Both the position numbers and the translations under genes were made by a program. Shown piece by piece: positions 1-9,116 of a DNA stretch of 43,091 nt; the stretch's first letter is position 1, and each line of letters begins with the position of its first letter. The notes beneath the pieces are model-generated. The model ran no database searches, had not been told where the DNA came from, and saw only the letters and a program-made list of their open reading frames with translations. Source of the stretch: a phage; NCBI GenBank assembly GCA_021146305.1, contig GCA_021146305.1_4336.1; one strand, 5' to 3'.

Positions 1-1996
1 GCTGGTAGCGACGCCACGCCAGCCAGTACGCTTGCTGATAGTTACGTACACCCTTCGATTCGTACTCCTCGGTGTTCGCGCCGAGTTCTTCCGGGATATA
101 AATCGTCTCCTGTACGTTTGTATCCGGGTCAATGTACGAGAACGACAGGCTATCGTAGGTTGTCGAATCGTTGAACGTGCGCGTCCATTTCTCCGTACCG
201 GTCGTTTTGCTGCGGTGGGTGAAAACCATCTCAGGCCCCGCAACAGGACGGTCGAATCGCAGCATAATATCAGCACCTTTACGGTATGCCGTACAAAACA
301 CGGCTTCCGCGATGGTCTGAACGATGTCTTGCATGGTTGTGTCGTAGTCGTCGAATGTGTAGCAGAACTGCCCGGCTAATTCACTGTCAAAATACGACTC
401 AATTTCTTCCTGCACGGCAAGTAACTTGTCCATATTTGCCGTTGTCAGTTCCAGATTACCCACCACAGGGTCACGCGCCAGCCTGATTAGCGACTGCACG
501 GCCTGAGTGTTCGGTGTCATTACCGTATCGAATACGCCGTTACCTAAGTATTTGTAGCACATCTCGGTTGCAATCATGCGCAGTTCCGGTTCGGACACCT
601 CGGCTGCACGTGGGGTTTGTTTACGGGCGCAGTGTACGGTAGTACGGTTGCCGTAGTGGGGGGTTGTGTCCAGCGACTGCCCATACAGATTAGTGAAAGT
701 AACCTCGTCGCTAACAGTACCTTCAAAATCTTTATCGGTGTCCGAAACACGACGCATACGGGCGCGGAATCTGGAAGCAGTTGGTAAACTTCCGTAAAGA
801 GTAATCCCTGTGTAATCCGTGTTCCGGCCTGTTACGGTTCCTCGTACGGTAAATATGTCACCTACAGGCTGTTTCAATTCATCTACCATCTGGTATTGCA
901 GTTCGACTGTCACTGAAGCGCGGCTATAGTCGCCGTTGTATTTGTACATGCCGTTGCTGGCAGCCACATTGGCTACAACACGGTCGACGGTTCCGCGGGT
1001 GATGTACGCCCATTCAGAGAGGGAAGCCGCGTAAGTATCCGCCGGGCCTATAAGATGGTTGCCCTCTTCACCTATAAACCACACAGACGTCCCTAGCTGG
1101 TTCCATATTGATTGATTTGTACTGACGTCCACAATAAGGGTCGTTTCACTAACAGAAAGAACCGTGTACCTCCCGTCCAGGTTAACCTCATTACCCAAAG
1201 ACCCTGGGGTTGTATCTGCATATACGTTATCGAAGTATGCCAGGTCCCCGACCGCCAAAAACTCATCGAAACCAGCGTCATCGCCTACTACAACGCCGGT
1301 TGTTCCCTGCCGCTGGACAGTGTAGTCCTGCACGTCTATAGCGATATCATTAGGGGCGGGAAGAACAGCGCCATCGACATCGGCGTTTTTAAATGTAACG
1401 TACAACTTCTGGTCTATCGGGTCGCCAATATGCAATTGTGGGGCGTTGGTGTTATTCGGCGAAGTGTAAGGGGAATACACCGCCACCGACGAGCCAGTTA
1501 TCTCGCTGATTCGGGTATCTGCCTCAGTTACACCGTCTTCCTCAATATGCAGATACCCTCGACCGGCGTCATAGTACGCATATTCAATAAGTACCCCAGA
1601 GGCATTAAACACCTTATATGTTTGCATCAGGTCATTGGGGATGGTCTGCACTGTCCCGCAGATATCATAAGAACGCTCGTAAGGCCGTGGCTTGTTTGAG
1701 CGGTCAGTAAGACTGTTGTTAGGCGACGTAGCCTGATTGTTGGTAGCGGAATAATTAGCGTTAGCTGCTGTGTTTAGCCCGAACAATTTGGCAATTGGCT
1801 TAAGGATGAAACTGAATACACTACCGATAGCGTCGCCGATGCCGCCGCCAGCACCCTCTATAATATGATACACGGCGTCTTCGTCTTTAAGCGCTTCGAA
1901 GTCGTCTGTTACATCTGTATCATCGCCAATCTCACCGAGGTAGACGCGCACAGGCACCCCGTCAGGAATATGGTTAACGACAAAATCTATCGGCAT
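1..1996 (-). CDS. tail tip / host-specificity protein (lambda J-like position); 3' end runs off the window start
   Basis: Minus-strand frame open from ATG at 1994-1996 down to position 2 (about 665 codons) with protein-like composition; directly downstream of the NlpC/P60 tail gene; plus-strand ORF 1112-1699 is its antisense shadow. Function inferred from position and size only. Confidence 0.55.
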   Translation of the reverse strand, partial: MPIDFVVNHIPDGVPVRVYLGEIGDDTDVTDDFEALKDEDAVYHIIEGAGGGIGDAIGSVFSFILKPIAKLFGLNTAANANYSATNNQATSPNNSLTDRSNKPRPYERSYDICGTVQTIPNDLMQTYKVFNASGVLIEYAYYDAGRGYLHIEEDGVTEADTRISEITGSSVAVYSPYTSPNNTNAPQLHIGDPIDQKLYVTFKNADVDGAVLPAPNDIAIDVQDYTVQRQGTTGVVVGDDAGFDEFLAVGDLAYFDNVYADTTPGSLGNEVNLDGRYTVLSVSETTLIVDVSTNQSIWNQLGTSVWFIGEEGNHLIGPADTYAASLSEWAYITRGTVDRVVANVAASNGMYKYNGDYSRASVTVELQYQMVDELKQPVGDIFTVRGTVTGRNTDYTGITLYGSLPTASRFRARMRRVSDTDKDFEGTVSDEVTFTNLYGQSLDTTPHYGNRTTVHCARKQTPRAAEVSEPELRMIATEMCYKYLGNGVFDTVMTPNTQAVQSLIRLARDPVVGNLELTTANMDKLLAVQEEIESYFDSELAGQFCYTFDDYDTTMQDIVQTIAEAVFCTAYRKGADIMLRFDRPVAGPEMVFTHRSKTTGTEKWTRTFNDSTTYDSLSFSYIDPDTNVQETIYIPEELGANTEEYESKGVRNYQQAYWLAWRRYQ

Positions 1997-2052
1997 CCCG
2001 ACGTGTTTTGTACGGTCGAAAGCGCCTTCAGCGTTTCGCGTGTAGTGCAGGA

Positions 2053-2418
2053 TTATCGCCAAAATTCAATCTCCGTGTACGTGTCTCCGAGGTCCACCAG
2101 CCTGTCAAGCCGTACCTGACGGGATGCAAGCTCGCAATGACTCACCATCCCGTCGAAGTAAACTCCAGCGTGCCACACGATACGACCCCCGCGGCGATAA
2201 CCCATAAGCACCGCGCAGAAGTTTTCAGGCTTATCAATTTTTGTAAGCCCCTTCGTGTCACGGTGGCCTTCGTCAAACGCTTCGTTAATTGCCGTTGGGC
2301 TTGTAACGTCGAACGCAGGGGTTTCTAACCCGGCATCCGCGCGGACAATGCGCACGTGATGCCAGCAATTGCGCTTGCGAAAGTCGTAAGGTATGCCCGT
2401 GTAGTCGTTAATATTCAT
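2053..2418 (-). CDS. NlpC/P60-family tail assembly peptidase (lambda K-like position)
   Basis: 121 aa; Cys and His motifs compatible with a papain-like NlpC/P60 fold (RNCWHH ... WHAGVYFDGMVSH); sits between minor tail genes and the J-like gene. Confidence 0.55.
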   Translation of the reverse strand: MNINDYTGIPYDFRKRNCWHHVRIVRADAGLETPAFDVTSPTAINEAFDEGHRDTKGLTKIDKPENFCAVLMGYRRGGRIVWHAGVYFDGMVSHCELASRQVRLDRLVDLGDTYTEIEFWR

Positions 2419-2945
2419 GTGGTCAACAGGCCGCGTAATAACGGTATCTCTTTAGGTGTCATCAGTATACCAGTGCTTCGCTGGTTCAGCATAGGTGTAC
2501 CAACATCCGCGGAGAACTCGCCCTTCTCCTGGTTGATGGCCTGCAACTCATACATGACAGGACCGTCAGCCGGATAAGACAGGTCTGTGCTGACGTAACG
2601 ACGGAAGACGAACTTCGGCAACTCGGTGTTACTCATAGGGATTTTATCCATCTCATCGTCAAGTTGATTGAGGATATCCGGTAAAGTAAACGTAGTCGTC
2701 TGGTCCATATCACTGTTGTTAGCCGCCCCCGACGCCTCCATCGGGGTAGGTTCGAATGTGATAATTTCGCCTGTCTCCAGTGTTGCCGTGAGTTCCTGTA
2801 ACCCGCGCACAAGATAGTACGTCTTAGACAGCAACGGGTGGCTGATTTGCAACGTGATGTAGTCCATCTCGCCGTCGGGGTTGGAGGCCAGCTTACGGCG
2901 ATAGGCGGCTTCTACTGATTCCTGGCTCATTGCATCGGTTCCCAA
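2415..2945 (-). CDS. minor tail protein (by synteny)
   Basis: 176 aa; ATGA-type 4-nt overlap with downstream gene; located between tape measure and NlpC/P60 gene. Confidence 0.4.
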   Translation of the reverse strand: MGTDAMSQESVEAAYRRKLASNPDGEMDYITLQISHPLLSKTYYLVRGLQELTATLETGEIITFEPTPMEASGAANNSDMDQTTTFTLPDILNQLDDEMDKIPMSNTELPKFVFRRYVSTDLSYPADGPVMYELQAINQEKGEFSADVGTPMLNQRSTGILMTPKEIPLLRGLLTT

Positions 2946-3427
2946 ATTCGTGGAAACGTTGATTGTGCGGTTCCGTAGGCTTTAAGGAAACACCCCAGCC
3001 CGTCACCATAACAACCATACAAATCCGGCAGATTGTTAACAAGGCACTGGTTCTCAAGGTCCTGGAACGGCGATTTCTCGGCGGTTGCCGTGAAAGTAAT
3101 TGTCCAGTTAATCCCGTCTTCAGTGGACTCGGCGACGGTGGATGTAATGGTGACTTGATAATCCTCAATACCCATGCCGAAGTCGTGCGCCATCCAGAAA
3201 CTTGACGCGCCACCATCGACTTTCTCGAGGAACGACAGAAACGCCTGCCGCCCCATTGCGGATGTAATCAGGGTTACGCTTATCGGAAACACGTCGTAAT
3301 ACGTGTCACGGCCCTGACGCACCCCGCCGCCAGCTAAATCGACGCTCCAGACGTTGTTACGTCTGGTCATTGAGTAGCCTTTTGACACTATAGGGCGGAG
3401 GCTACGTGGGAAATATAATTCGGTCAT
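2927..3427 (-). CDS. minor tail protein (by synteny)
   Basis: 166 aa; start codon overlaps the tape-measure stop (TAATG coupling). Confidence 0.4.
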   Translation of the reverse strand: MTELYFPRSLRPIVSKGYSMTRRNNVWSVDLAGGGVRQGRDTYYDVFPISVTLITSAMGRQAFLSFLEKVDGGASSFWMAHDFGMGIEDYQVTITSTVAESTEDGINWTITFTATAEKSPFQDLENQCLVNNLPDLYGCYGDGLGCFLKAYGTAQSTFPRIWEPMQ

Positions 3428-5766
3428 TATTTAAACCCCGGCGCATTTCTTGTGGCCTTGCGGGCCTTGCTAATCTTACTGTTACTGTTCTGCAAAGAGG
3501 CAGCCACTTGCTCCTCGATGATGATACGCAAACGGCCTTCATCATCTTGCTCAGTGGATACGTTGCCGATTTGAGAACTCGTGTTGTTTACGATAGTAAC
3601 ATTAGACGGTCCGGAAGAAGACCCGTTTTGCCCCATAATTTCTTTCATCTGCTGTGCGGTGCGTACACGTGACGCACCAGCGGGCATGATAACTTCCGGT
3701 TTACCGCGTTCGGCGATGGTTGAAGCCTGCCCCGCGGATAACTGTCCGCCCTGTTCACGTGCGGACCTGATAGCGGAAATCTGCGCCATACCCGCCCCAA
3801 CGGCAGCGGCGGCAGCTACAGGAGCCAGGAATGGGCCAACTACAGGGATAGCCGCCGTGGACTTGTACGCCTCGATAGCCGCGGTGTAAGTGGCTATGGT
3901 GGCCTGTACGATAGCGAATGCCTTATACGCACCAGAGGCCTCGCCCAACGCAGACCCGATGTTTGAGGCCATGTTACCGAAGGCGGTTGCCGTTGCGTCG
4001 GCACGCTTGGTTGCGTATTGCTCATTGATGGCGTTAAGCGCGGCCTGATACTGCTTCTCACTAATAAGACCCTGCTCACGGTACTTATCGGCTACCGCCA
4101 GTTTCTGCTGTTCCTGGATGTCGAGAAGCTCAAGCTCAGTAGCGTTCTGGCCCATAATCTGAGCCATGAAGTCTTCACCTTTCTGGTTCTTTTCCTGCCG
4201 TTCTTTCTCTCGTTTAGCGAGTTCCTCCTGGCGAGCAGTGTCCGCTTCCAGCATAATCTGCGTCTTGGCGTTTTCGTACTGCTGGTCGCTAAGAAGCTGA
4301 TTGCCGTAAAACTCCTGTAGCTTGGTTAACTGCTGTTCCTGGTTGGCTTCTATTTTCTGGAATACGTCATCATTGAGATGAATTGACTGATAGTAGAAAT
4401 CCTCCGCGGCTTTCTTCTGGCGCTCGAACGCATCCGCTGCTTTCTTAGCGGCTTTTGCACCCGCGCTATCATCTTCAGATCCGCCGCCGGTACCAGTTAC
4501 CTTAAATTTACTAAGCCCTTCTTCCTTAGCGGCTTCTTTGTCGATGTCATACGCTGCGCGTTTAAGCGCGACGATATTTTGCTGAGCCTCCACCTGTTCG
4601 CGGAAACTTTTACGTGTCAGGTCCGCAACGTCGCGCTGAGTATCCAGTGCCATCCCCAGCTGGAAGTTAATATTTTTTGCTACGTCTACGGATTCCCCTG
4701 GTGTGAAGGCGGCCTTAACCAGCCGACCGGCATCCTGCGCCCCTTTAACCATATCCTCAAAGAAGCGCTCCATCGCGGTAAATTCTTCCGCGATGAAATC
4801 GAGCGCATCGGCGGCTGATTCCGCTATGGTTGTCGCCGTTTGTTCGCCGCTATCCGTGATACTTTTGCTACTAAAATCCCAAAGCTCATTTAGCCCGTTT
4901 ATCGCATCACCCACGAAACCAAATGCCGCGTCGAATGACATCTCTATTGCGCTTCCTACTTCCGACGCGATGTCACCCCACATACGCATCTCTGCGGCAA
5001 GTTCACCGGACGCAACCTGTGCGTTAAGTTCCTGGATTAAATCATCGATGTATCGGATAGGTTCGGCGAGCGCACCAACATCAAGACTGGTAGCCAGCGT
5101 CATTTTTAACTGCGACCATGAGTCGCTGGCACTGGCGATGGCCCCGTTAAGTGTGTTGGCCTGGTCCGCCATAGCCCCCGCGAAGTTTACGTTACCGATG
5201 TTGAGCAGGTATTGCTCGATGTCGGCAGCGCTCTTCTTAACTACCGTAGTAGTACCCTGGAATGTAAATTCAACATCGTTTTTGTTCTGTTTGGCCTTGA
5301 TACCAAATTCTTTAAGGCGCTCAAATTCAAAAGTACTAGCGTCTGCAACCGCCTCAATCATCTGATTCAGGTCTTTACCCATAGCAGCGGCGGTGTTTCC
5401 GTAGGAACGCAACGCTTCTTCTGACGGTGTAAGACCAAGCGCCACAAGTTTACGGAATCCCTCTACCGCCTGTTCAAGGCCATACGGAGTGTCGCGCGCG
5501 AAGTCTTGCAGGATGCTTAACGCCTGTCTTGCACCCTGCGTGCTTCCGGTTAGTGTTTTCAGGCTGGCGGACATCTTGTCCAGTTGCCGATGGGATTCTA
5601 CCAGTTCCTGTGCGGCCTTGTAAGCGGTAGCGGCGACGATGGAAGCGAGGCCCGCTACCGCAGCTCCGGCTACCTTTGCAGACTTGGAAAGGTTATCAAG
5701 ACGGTCTGATGTAGCTTTCGCGCCTTGCTCTGATACTTTTACAACTAAACTAGCTACATCAGCCAT
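3427..5766 (-). CDS. tail tape measure protein
   Basis: 779 aa, Ala/Gln/Glu-rich with extended coiled-coil character; largest gene of the tail block; preceded by two small chaperone-like ORFs and followed by minor tail genes. Confidence 0.85.
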   Translation of the reverse strand: MADVASLVVKVSEQGAKATSDRLDNLSKSAKVAGAAVAGLASIVAATAYKAAQELVESHRQLDKMSASLKTLTGSTQGARQALSILQDFARDTPYGLEQAVEGFRKLVALGLTPSEEALRSYGNTAAAMGKDLNQMIEAVADASTFEFERLKEFGIKAKQNKNDVEFTFQGTTTVVKKSAADIEQYLLNIGNVNFAGAMADQANTLNGAIASASDSWSQLKMTLATSLDVGALAEPIRYIDDLIQELNAQVASGELAAEMRMWGDIASEVGSAIEMSFDAAFGFVGDAINGLNELWDFSSKSITDSGEQTATTIAESAADALDFIAEEFTAMERFFEDMVKGAQDAGRLVKAAFTPGESVDVAKNINFQLGMALDTQRDVADLTRKSFREQVEAQQNIVALKRAAYDIDKEAAKEEGLSKFKVTGTGGGSEDDSAGAKAAKKAADAFERQKKAAEDFYYQSIHLNDDVFQKIEANQEQQLTKLQEFYGNQLLSDQQYENAKTQIMLEADTARQEELAKREKERQEKNQKGEDFMAQIMGQNATELELLDIQEQQKLAVADKYREQGLISEKQYQAALNAINEQYATKRADATATAFGNMASNIGSALGEASGAYKAFAIVQATIATYTAAIEAYKSTAAIPVVGPFLAPVAAAAAVGAGMAQISAIRSAREQGGQLSAGQASTIAERGKPEVIMPAGASRVRTAQQMKEIMGQNGSSSGPSNVTIVNNTSSQIGNVSTEQDDEGRLRIIIEEQVAASLQNSNSKISKARKATRNAPGFK

Positions 5767-6118
5767 CGTTTCTACCCTCGAAAATAGCGTCTAAGCTCAT
5801 GATGATGTCAGATTCAAACATGCCTATATTCTGGCCTGAAACGGTGCTATATGCCACTAAATCCGACCATCTTAACTGTTCACGCGGATACATCTTGATG
5901 CCATCATCGTCCACTCGGCGGGTGAATTTGATTTCCCTGTACTTCTCGAAGGTGGTTAATAGCTCAGGGGGGCATTCTGGCCCGGTGTCCTGCGTTGCTT
6001 CCGGCGCGTCTTGCATAACCCCCATAGCAATTAGCGCGGCTTTATGCCCGTCGGAGATACTGTCAAACTCCCGCCGTTTGTGGCGAGTTATGAAGTTCCA
6101 ACGGGCAAACTGGAGCAA
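5759..6118 (-). CDS. tail assembly chaperone, frameshift-extension ORF (T-like part)
   Basis: 119-aa frame whose first in-frame start is TTG; the frame stays open upstream into the 3' end of ORF 6124-6540, consistent with expression as a -1 frameshift fusion. Confidence 0.45.
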   Translation of the reverse strand: MLQFARWNFITRHKRREFDSISDGHKAALIAMGVMQDAPEATQDTGPECPPELLTTFEKYREIKFTRRVDDDGIKMYPREQLRWSDLVAYSTVSGQNIGMFESDIIMSLDAIFEGRNDG

Positions 6119-6123
6119 CGCGT

Positions 6124-6133
6124 CTACTTTTCC
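6124..6133 (-). other. candidate -1 programmed ribosomal frameshift site
   Basis: Minus-strand heptamer GGAAAAG directly followed by the TAG stop of ORF 6124-6540; the -1 frame is the open frame of 5759-6118. Non-canonical heptamer, so tentative. Confidence 0.35.
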
Positions 6134-6540
6134 TGCAATTGGTGAAGCTGTTCGTTGTGGAAAACAACAACGTGTTCAGCGAGGCGTTTATATTGTGAAA
6201 AAAGAGTATTCAGGTTCTCTTTATTAAATTCATCGTCGAGACTCCAACCGTTAACCAGTTCAAGTGCTAACTGGCGGTTAAGGTCCGTCGCGGCGTCTTC
6301 CATCTTAATGTTATATTCCGAGAAATCTTTCAGTTCCTCGCATTTATCACGAAGCGGCTTCAGTTTACCTAACGACGCGCGGTACGCCAGGGTAAATGCA
6401 CGCATGGCTTTAACCGCAACGTCTGCCTCCGGTGAAACAACGTTCAGCCACTCCCCTGAATCGGTGCCGTCTTTCAGTGGGATCGGCATACGGGCGCCTT
6501 TTTCTGCCTCAGCTTCGTAATAAAAATCAGAAAGTTTCAT
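6124..6540 (-). CDS. tail assembly chaperone (G-like)
   Basis: 138 aa acidic protein immediately upstream of the tape measure gene; canonical chaperone position. Confidence 0.5.
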   Translation of the reverse strand: MKLSDFYYEAEAEKGARMPIPLKDGTDSGEWLNVVSPEADVAVKAMRAFTLAYRASLGKLKPLRDKCEELKDFSEYNIKMEDAATDLNRQLALELVNGWSLDDEFNKENLNTLFSQYKRLAEHVVVFHNEQLHQLQEK

Positions 6541-6647
6541 TCTTTAATCCTTTGGTTAAGAGGTTACGGGTTAAGGTTAATGCGCCAGACGGGAACCACC
6601 CGCTTTTCGTGTGCGACACTAGGCGCAAAATTATTCTATCACATTAC

Positions 6648-6676
6648 TTGCACACCCCAATATAATAGTGTACTAT
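6648..6676 (+). promoter_or_regulatory. sigma70-like promoter with operator palindrome
   Basis: TTGCAC (6648-6653), 17-bp spacer, TACTAT (6671-6676); palindrome TAATAG-tgta-CTATTC (6663-6678) overlaps the -10; about 40 bp upstream of ATG 6718. Confidence 0.55.
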
Positions 6677-6717
6677 TCACTTACACCAACGATGTTATCC
6701 CAAACAGGAGCTACACC

Positions 6718-6909
6718 ATGACGGGTATTACTATGTTCTTCTTAATCATTATCGTTTTAGTTTATTTTATTCCATTTCTCGTGGCGCATATGCGCGACCA
6801 TAAAGCGAAATTAGCGATATTCATGGCTAATCTGTTTCTTGGATGGGTTCTGCTGCCGTGGGTATTTATTTTAATCTGGGCTTGCAACTCGAATGTCAAA
6901 GAGAAGTGA
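6718..6909 (+). CDS. small membrane protein
   Basis: 64 aa from ATG 6718 preceded by AGGAG; two hydrophobic helices (FFLIIIVLVYFIPFLVA and LFLGWVLLPWVFILIW). The track ORF 6580-6909 is longer, but the internal ATG has the RBS and promoter. Confidence 0.55.
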   Translation: MTGITMFFLIIIVLVYFIPFLVAHMRDHKAKLAIFMANLFLGWVLLPWVFILIWACNSNVKEK

Positions 6910-6946
6910 GCTAGTATAGGACAAATCCTAAGCACGAGGAATAAAC

Positions 6947-8077
6947 ATGGCCCGGAAGAAAATAACCGACGAACAGTTGCAGGAAGAATTGAACGCCGGT
7001 ATGAAGAATGTAGATATCGCCCGTAAATACGGCATCTCAGACCGCGTAATTCGTATCCGTAAAGCGAAGCTGGCTAAGAAAGGCGTGGGCCACGGGCGCG
7101 ACGTTAGCCACCTTGTGCCAGACGGCTACAAGATTAAAGGAACGTCGTCACTTGTGGACGAGTTCGGCAACACTAAGTTGCAATGGGTTAAGACTGATAC
7201 CGACGCCGAACGTCAGGTTGAATTGATGAAAGCCGTAATAGAGGGCATGAAGTCAGAGATTACGCCCGTTGCGCCTGTTAAAGCGGCGCGCGCCAAACGT
7301 GACGACAAGCTACTCAATCTTTACACTGTATCTGATTTCCATCTCGGTATGCTGGCATGGGCCGATGAGAGCGGCGACGACTGGGACATGAAGATTGCAG
7401 AAGACCTGTTCTCTCGGTGGTTCGACGCGGCGTTTCAGAAAGCACCGGATGCAGGAACAGGAGTTATTAACCTGCTTGGGGACTTCGCACACTTCGATAG
7501 TCTTGATGCCGTTACCCCCGAGTCGCGCCATGTATTAGATGCGGATACTCGCTATCAGAAACTGGTACGTTACATGATTCGTATGGTCCGCCGTGTTGTT
7601 GATATGGCGCTGGTTAAGCATCACACAGTAAAACTTTTAATCGTTCAAGGTAACCACGACCCTGTTGGCTCCGTATGGCTTGCCGAAATGTTCACGGTTT
7701 TATACTCAAACGACAGCCGAGTGATTGTTGATACGTCGCCGGATGTTTACAAGATGGTGCAACACGGCAAAACGACGCTGTTCTTCCATCACGGGCATAA
7801 AGCACGATTCGACGCTATCGAACCGGTTATGATTGCCAAGTTCCGTAAAGCGTTCGGCGAGAGTGTTTACAGCTACGCCCACGTAGGCCATCTGCACCAC
7901 CAGAAGATTGTAGAAAGCCGTAACATGATTGTTGAGCAACACCGCACCTTAGCGGCTAAAGACGCCTACGCCTCTCGCGGCGGATGGATGTCGGGCCGCA
8001 GTGCAAATGTAATTACTTATAGCGCCGGATATGGTGAGGTCGCACGTTTAACTATTTCACCGGAGATGCTGGGATGA
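6947..8077 (+). CDS. HTH-containing calcineurin-like metallophosphoesterase
   Basis: 376 aa; N-terminal helix-turn-helix-like segment, then ordered metallophosphoesterase motifs SDFHLG, GDFAHFD, GNHD, HHGH, GHLHH (motif I resembles SbcD/Mre11 DWHLG); AGGA RBS. Confidence 0.7.
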   Translation: MARKKITDEQLQEELNAGMKNVDIARKYGISDRVIRIRKAKLAKKGVGHGRDVSHLVPDGYKIKGTSSLVDEFGNTKLQWVKTDTDAERQVELMKAVIEGMKSEITPVAPVKAARAKRDDKLLNLYTVSDFHLGMLAWADESGDDWDMKIAEDLFSRWFDAAFQKAPDAGTGVINLLGDFAHFDSLDAVTPESRHVLDADTRYQKLVRYMIRMVRRVVDMALVKHHTVKLLIVQGNHDPVGSVWLAEMFTVLYSNDSRVIVDTSPDVYKMVQHGKTTLFFHHGHKARFDAIEPVMIAKFRKAFGESVYSYAHVGHLHHQKIVESRNMIVEQHRTLAAKDAYASRGGWMSGRSANVITYSAGYGEVARLTISPEMLG

Positions 8078-8562
8078 AAGATATTGTAATTTTCGATTTA
8101 GACGGGACATTGGCCGACGGTACCCATCGCTTACACCTGTTACCAAAAGATAACTACGGAGAAACGTGGGCGTGGAAGCCATTTAACATGGCCTGCAAAG
8201 ATGACGCTCCGATATACGACAATATCCATTTGTGTAGCGTACTGTGGCATTCCGGACTTACTATAATTATCCTTACCGGGCGAAGTGATGACGCTGAGGA
8301 GGAGACTCGCGAATGGTTACGAGAGAATAACGTTAGGTTTGACACGCTAATCATGCGCAGCAAACACGACAACAGAAAAGACATCGTAATTAAAGAAGAG
8401 GTGTTGCGTGCTTTCGGACTGGAAAGAATCTTGTGTGCGTTCGACGACTCTCCAGCGGTAATAAAGCATTTCCGTGACCTCGGCATAACCGCACACGCAG
8501 TTACCGAATACGACTGTAACGGGAACTCTACACACTTAAAACCACACGGGAGCGATAAATAA
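8074..8562 (+). CDS. HAD-superfamily phosphatase (polynucleotide 3'-phosphatase / nucleotidase-like)
   Basis: 162 aa; N-terminal FDLDGTLADG (HAD motif I, DxDGT) plus downstream RKD..KEE segment; resemblance to the T4 Pnk phosphatase domain is recalled from memory, not aligned; ATGA coupling to upstream gene. Confidence 0.6.
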   Translation: MKDIVIFDLDGTLADGTHRLHLLPKDNYGETWAWKPFNMACKDDAPIYDNIHLCSVLWHSGLTIIILTGRSDDAEEETREWLRENNVRFDTLIMRSKHDNRKDIVIKEEVLRAFGLERILCAFDDSPAVIKHFRDLGITAHAVTEYDCNGNSTHLKPHGSDK

Positions 8563-9116
8563 TGGCTAAGGTAATTATTCTTAATGGCCCTGCGGGTTGC
8601 GGGAAAGACACGCTTGCTATGGCGCTGGTAGAAATGGGCTTTGCGAAAGGAACTACCAGTTTCAAGAATCCAATGTTCAATATTGCTTTGGCAGCGTTAG
8701 GCCAGGATGCTTACCACGAATTTCTCGACGGCTACGACGACCGGGCGCGGAAAGAAAAACCCGAGGGTTTTCTTAATGGGTTGTCCCGCCGCCGGTTAAT
8801 GATTGCCATTTCTGAGCAATTCATTAAACCGGTATTCGGCGATGATTATTTCGGTAAGTATCTTGCTGAAAACTTGCCTGACGGCGACGAAGTTTTTGTA
8901 GTGTCCGATGGTGGATTCGCCAGTGAAGTTGCCCCTATCGTCGCCGCGGGGCATGACGTGCGAATCGTCCGCCTCCATCGTGACGGCTATACGTTCATCC
9001 GCGATAGCCGTGGCTATCTGTACGATGTTAGTGGTGTAAAAGATTACGACACCTACATCATACCGGGTGACGTTAAATCGAACGTTATAGACATTGCTTT
9101 AAAATTAGGTTTGTAA
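8562..9116 (+). CDS. P-loop kinase (dNMP kinase / polynucleotide kinase-like)
   Basis: 184 aa; Walker A GPAGCGKDT; overall pattern resembles phage dNMP kinase family (recalled, not aligned). Confidence 0.6.
   Translation: MAKVIILNGPAGCGKDTLAMALVEMGFAKGTTSFKNPMFNIALAALGQDAYHEFLDGYDDRARKEKPEGFLNGLSRRRLMIAISEQFIKPVFGDDYFGKYLAENLPDGDEVFVVSDGGFASEVAPIVAAGHDVRIVRLHRDGYTFIRDSRGYLYDVSGVKDYDTYIIPGDVKSNVIDIALKLGL

Noticed and set aside
1112-1699. 195-aa plus-strand ORF
   Set aside because: Lies entirely antisense to the long minus-strand J-like coding frame, has Arg/Val/Gly-rich composition typical of a shadow frame, and has no RBS or promoter.
4703-5365. 220-aa plus-strand ORF (Ser/Ala-rich)
   Set aside because: Antisense shadow of the Ala/Glu-rich tape measure gene; no translation signals.
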